NCBI RefSeq assembly: GCF_001186125.1
Contig: NW_014040554.1
Span: 256,970-291,650 of the forward strand
DNA from: Sphaeroforma arctica JP610
Taxonomy: Eukaryota
Length of the DNA stretch: 34,681 bases
Reading direction: 5' to 3'
Part shown: positions 34,286 through 34,681 of the stretch, one piece after another
Layout of the letters: the number at the start of each line of letters is the position of its first letter
How positions within the stretch are numbered: the first letter of the stretch is position 1
Translations under genes and position numbers: made by a program
The notes under the pieces: generated by a model
Databases searched by the model: none
What the model saw: the letters and a program-made list of their open reading frames with translations, nothing else
What the model was told of the DNA's origin: nothing

Positions 34286-34354
34286 CTTTATTGATCACAG
34301 CCAGGAGACGATCCTTGCACTGATACAGCTCAATCTCAATCTCATCAACATCCT
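34286..34354 (-). CDS. SH3BP5-like gene, most 5' exon resolved (DVDEIEIELYQCKDRLLAVINK)
   Basis: acacaacag| ... |gtgcga; phase 1 to 1; resembles DDINRRETELEDARQKFRSVL. An alternative in-phase donor gtgagt lies at 34237. Confidence 0.7.
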
Positions 34355-34557
34355 CTGTTGTGTGGGTGCACAATGTGCGACAGATATTAATTATCGGATG
34401 TATATTATCTCTAATAATGCTCAGGATGAAAATAAAAGGGATTCTTGTTATATGATTAAAAAGAAAAACAATACCCCTTATAAGGTACTATTGAGCTGGG
34501 ATGGTTCAATGGTCGAACAGGTACCTCAAGCGACAGACTGCGCGTGGTGTGTAGAGT

Positions 34558-34681
34558 GGTATAAATATATAGATATGAATGCACACACACACACACACAC
34601 ACATATATATAAATATATATACATATATATATATAAATATATATGTATAAGTTTATGTATATGTATATGTATATGTATATA
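34558..34681. repeat. TA/CA/TATG microsatellite
   Basis: Direct inspection. Confidence 0.9.

Noticed and set aside
34526..34538. 13-nt micro-exon (gcag|tctgtcgcttgag|gtac, minus strand) upstream of exon 34354
   Set aside because: It has a stop in the required phase unless an atypical acceptor 2 nt downstream is used. Unsupported without RNA data.

Overview
Eukaryotic genomic DNA (spliceosomal introns, long TA/CA microsatellites, four N-gaps at 9164-9413, 10444-11361, 15050-15915 and 25216-25484). Gene content and style suggest a unicellular holozoan such as an ichthyosporean, but that is inference only. Four host genes are supported: (1) the last exon of a DCR2/PAP-like metallophosphoesterase (+, 678-2003); (2) an intronless mitochondrial-carrier-family gene with non-canonical signature motifs (-, 6296-7306); (3) an intronless, bacterial-looking secreted lamin-tail-domain + CotH kinase gene (+, 25587-28517); (4) a multi-exon SH3BP5/Parcas-like Rab11-GEF gene that the ORF track misses and that I rebuilt from six phase-compatible GT-AG exons (-, 29125-34354, 5' end not resolved). 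Between about 7.5 and 25 kb lies a transposon graveyard: nested or interleaved decayed Ty3/Gypsy chromodomain LTR elements of at least three LTR types, two pogo-like TIR derivatives carrying a Cys/His finger, a candidate Helitron 3' end, and a strongly over-represented CATAGCC/GGCTATG heptamer. I found no CRISPR array, rRNA, tRNA or intact autonomous element. Family assignments rest on motif recognition, not database searches.
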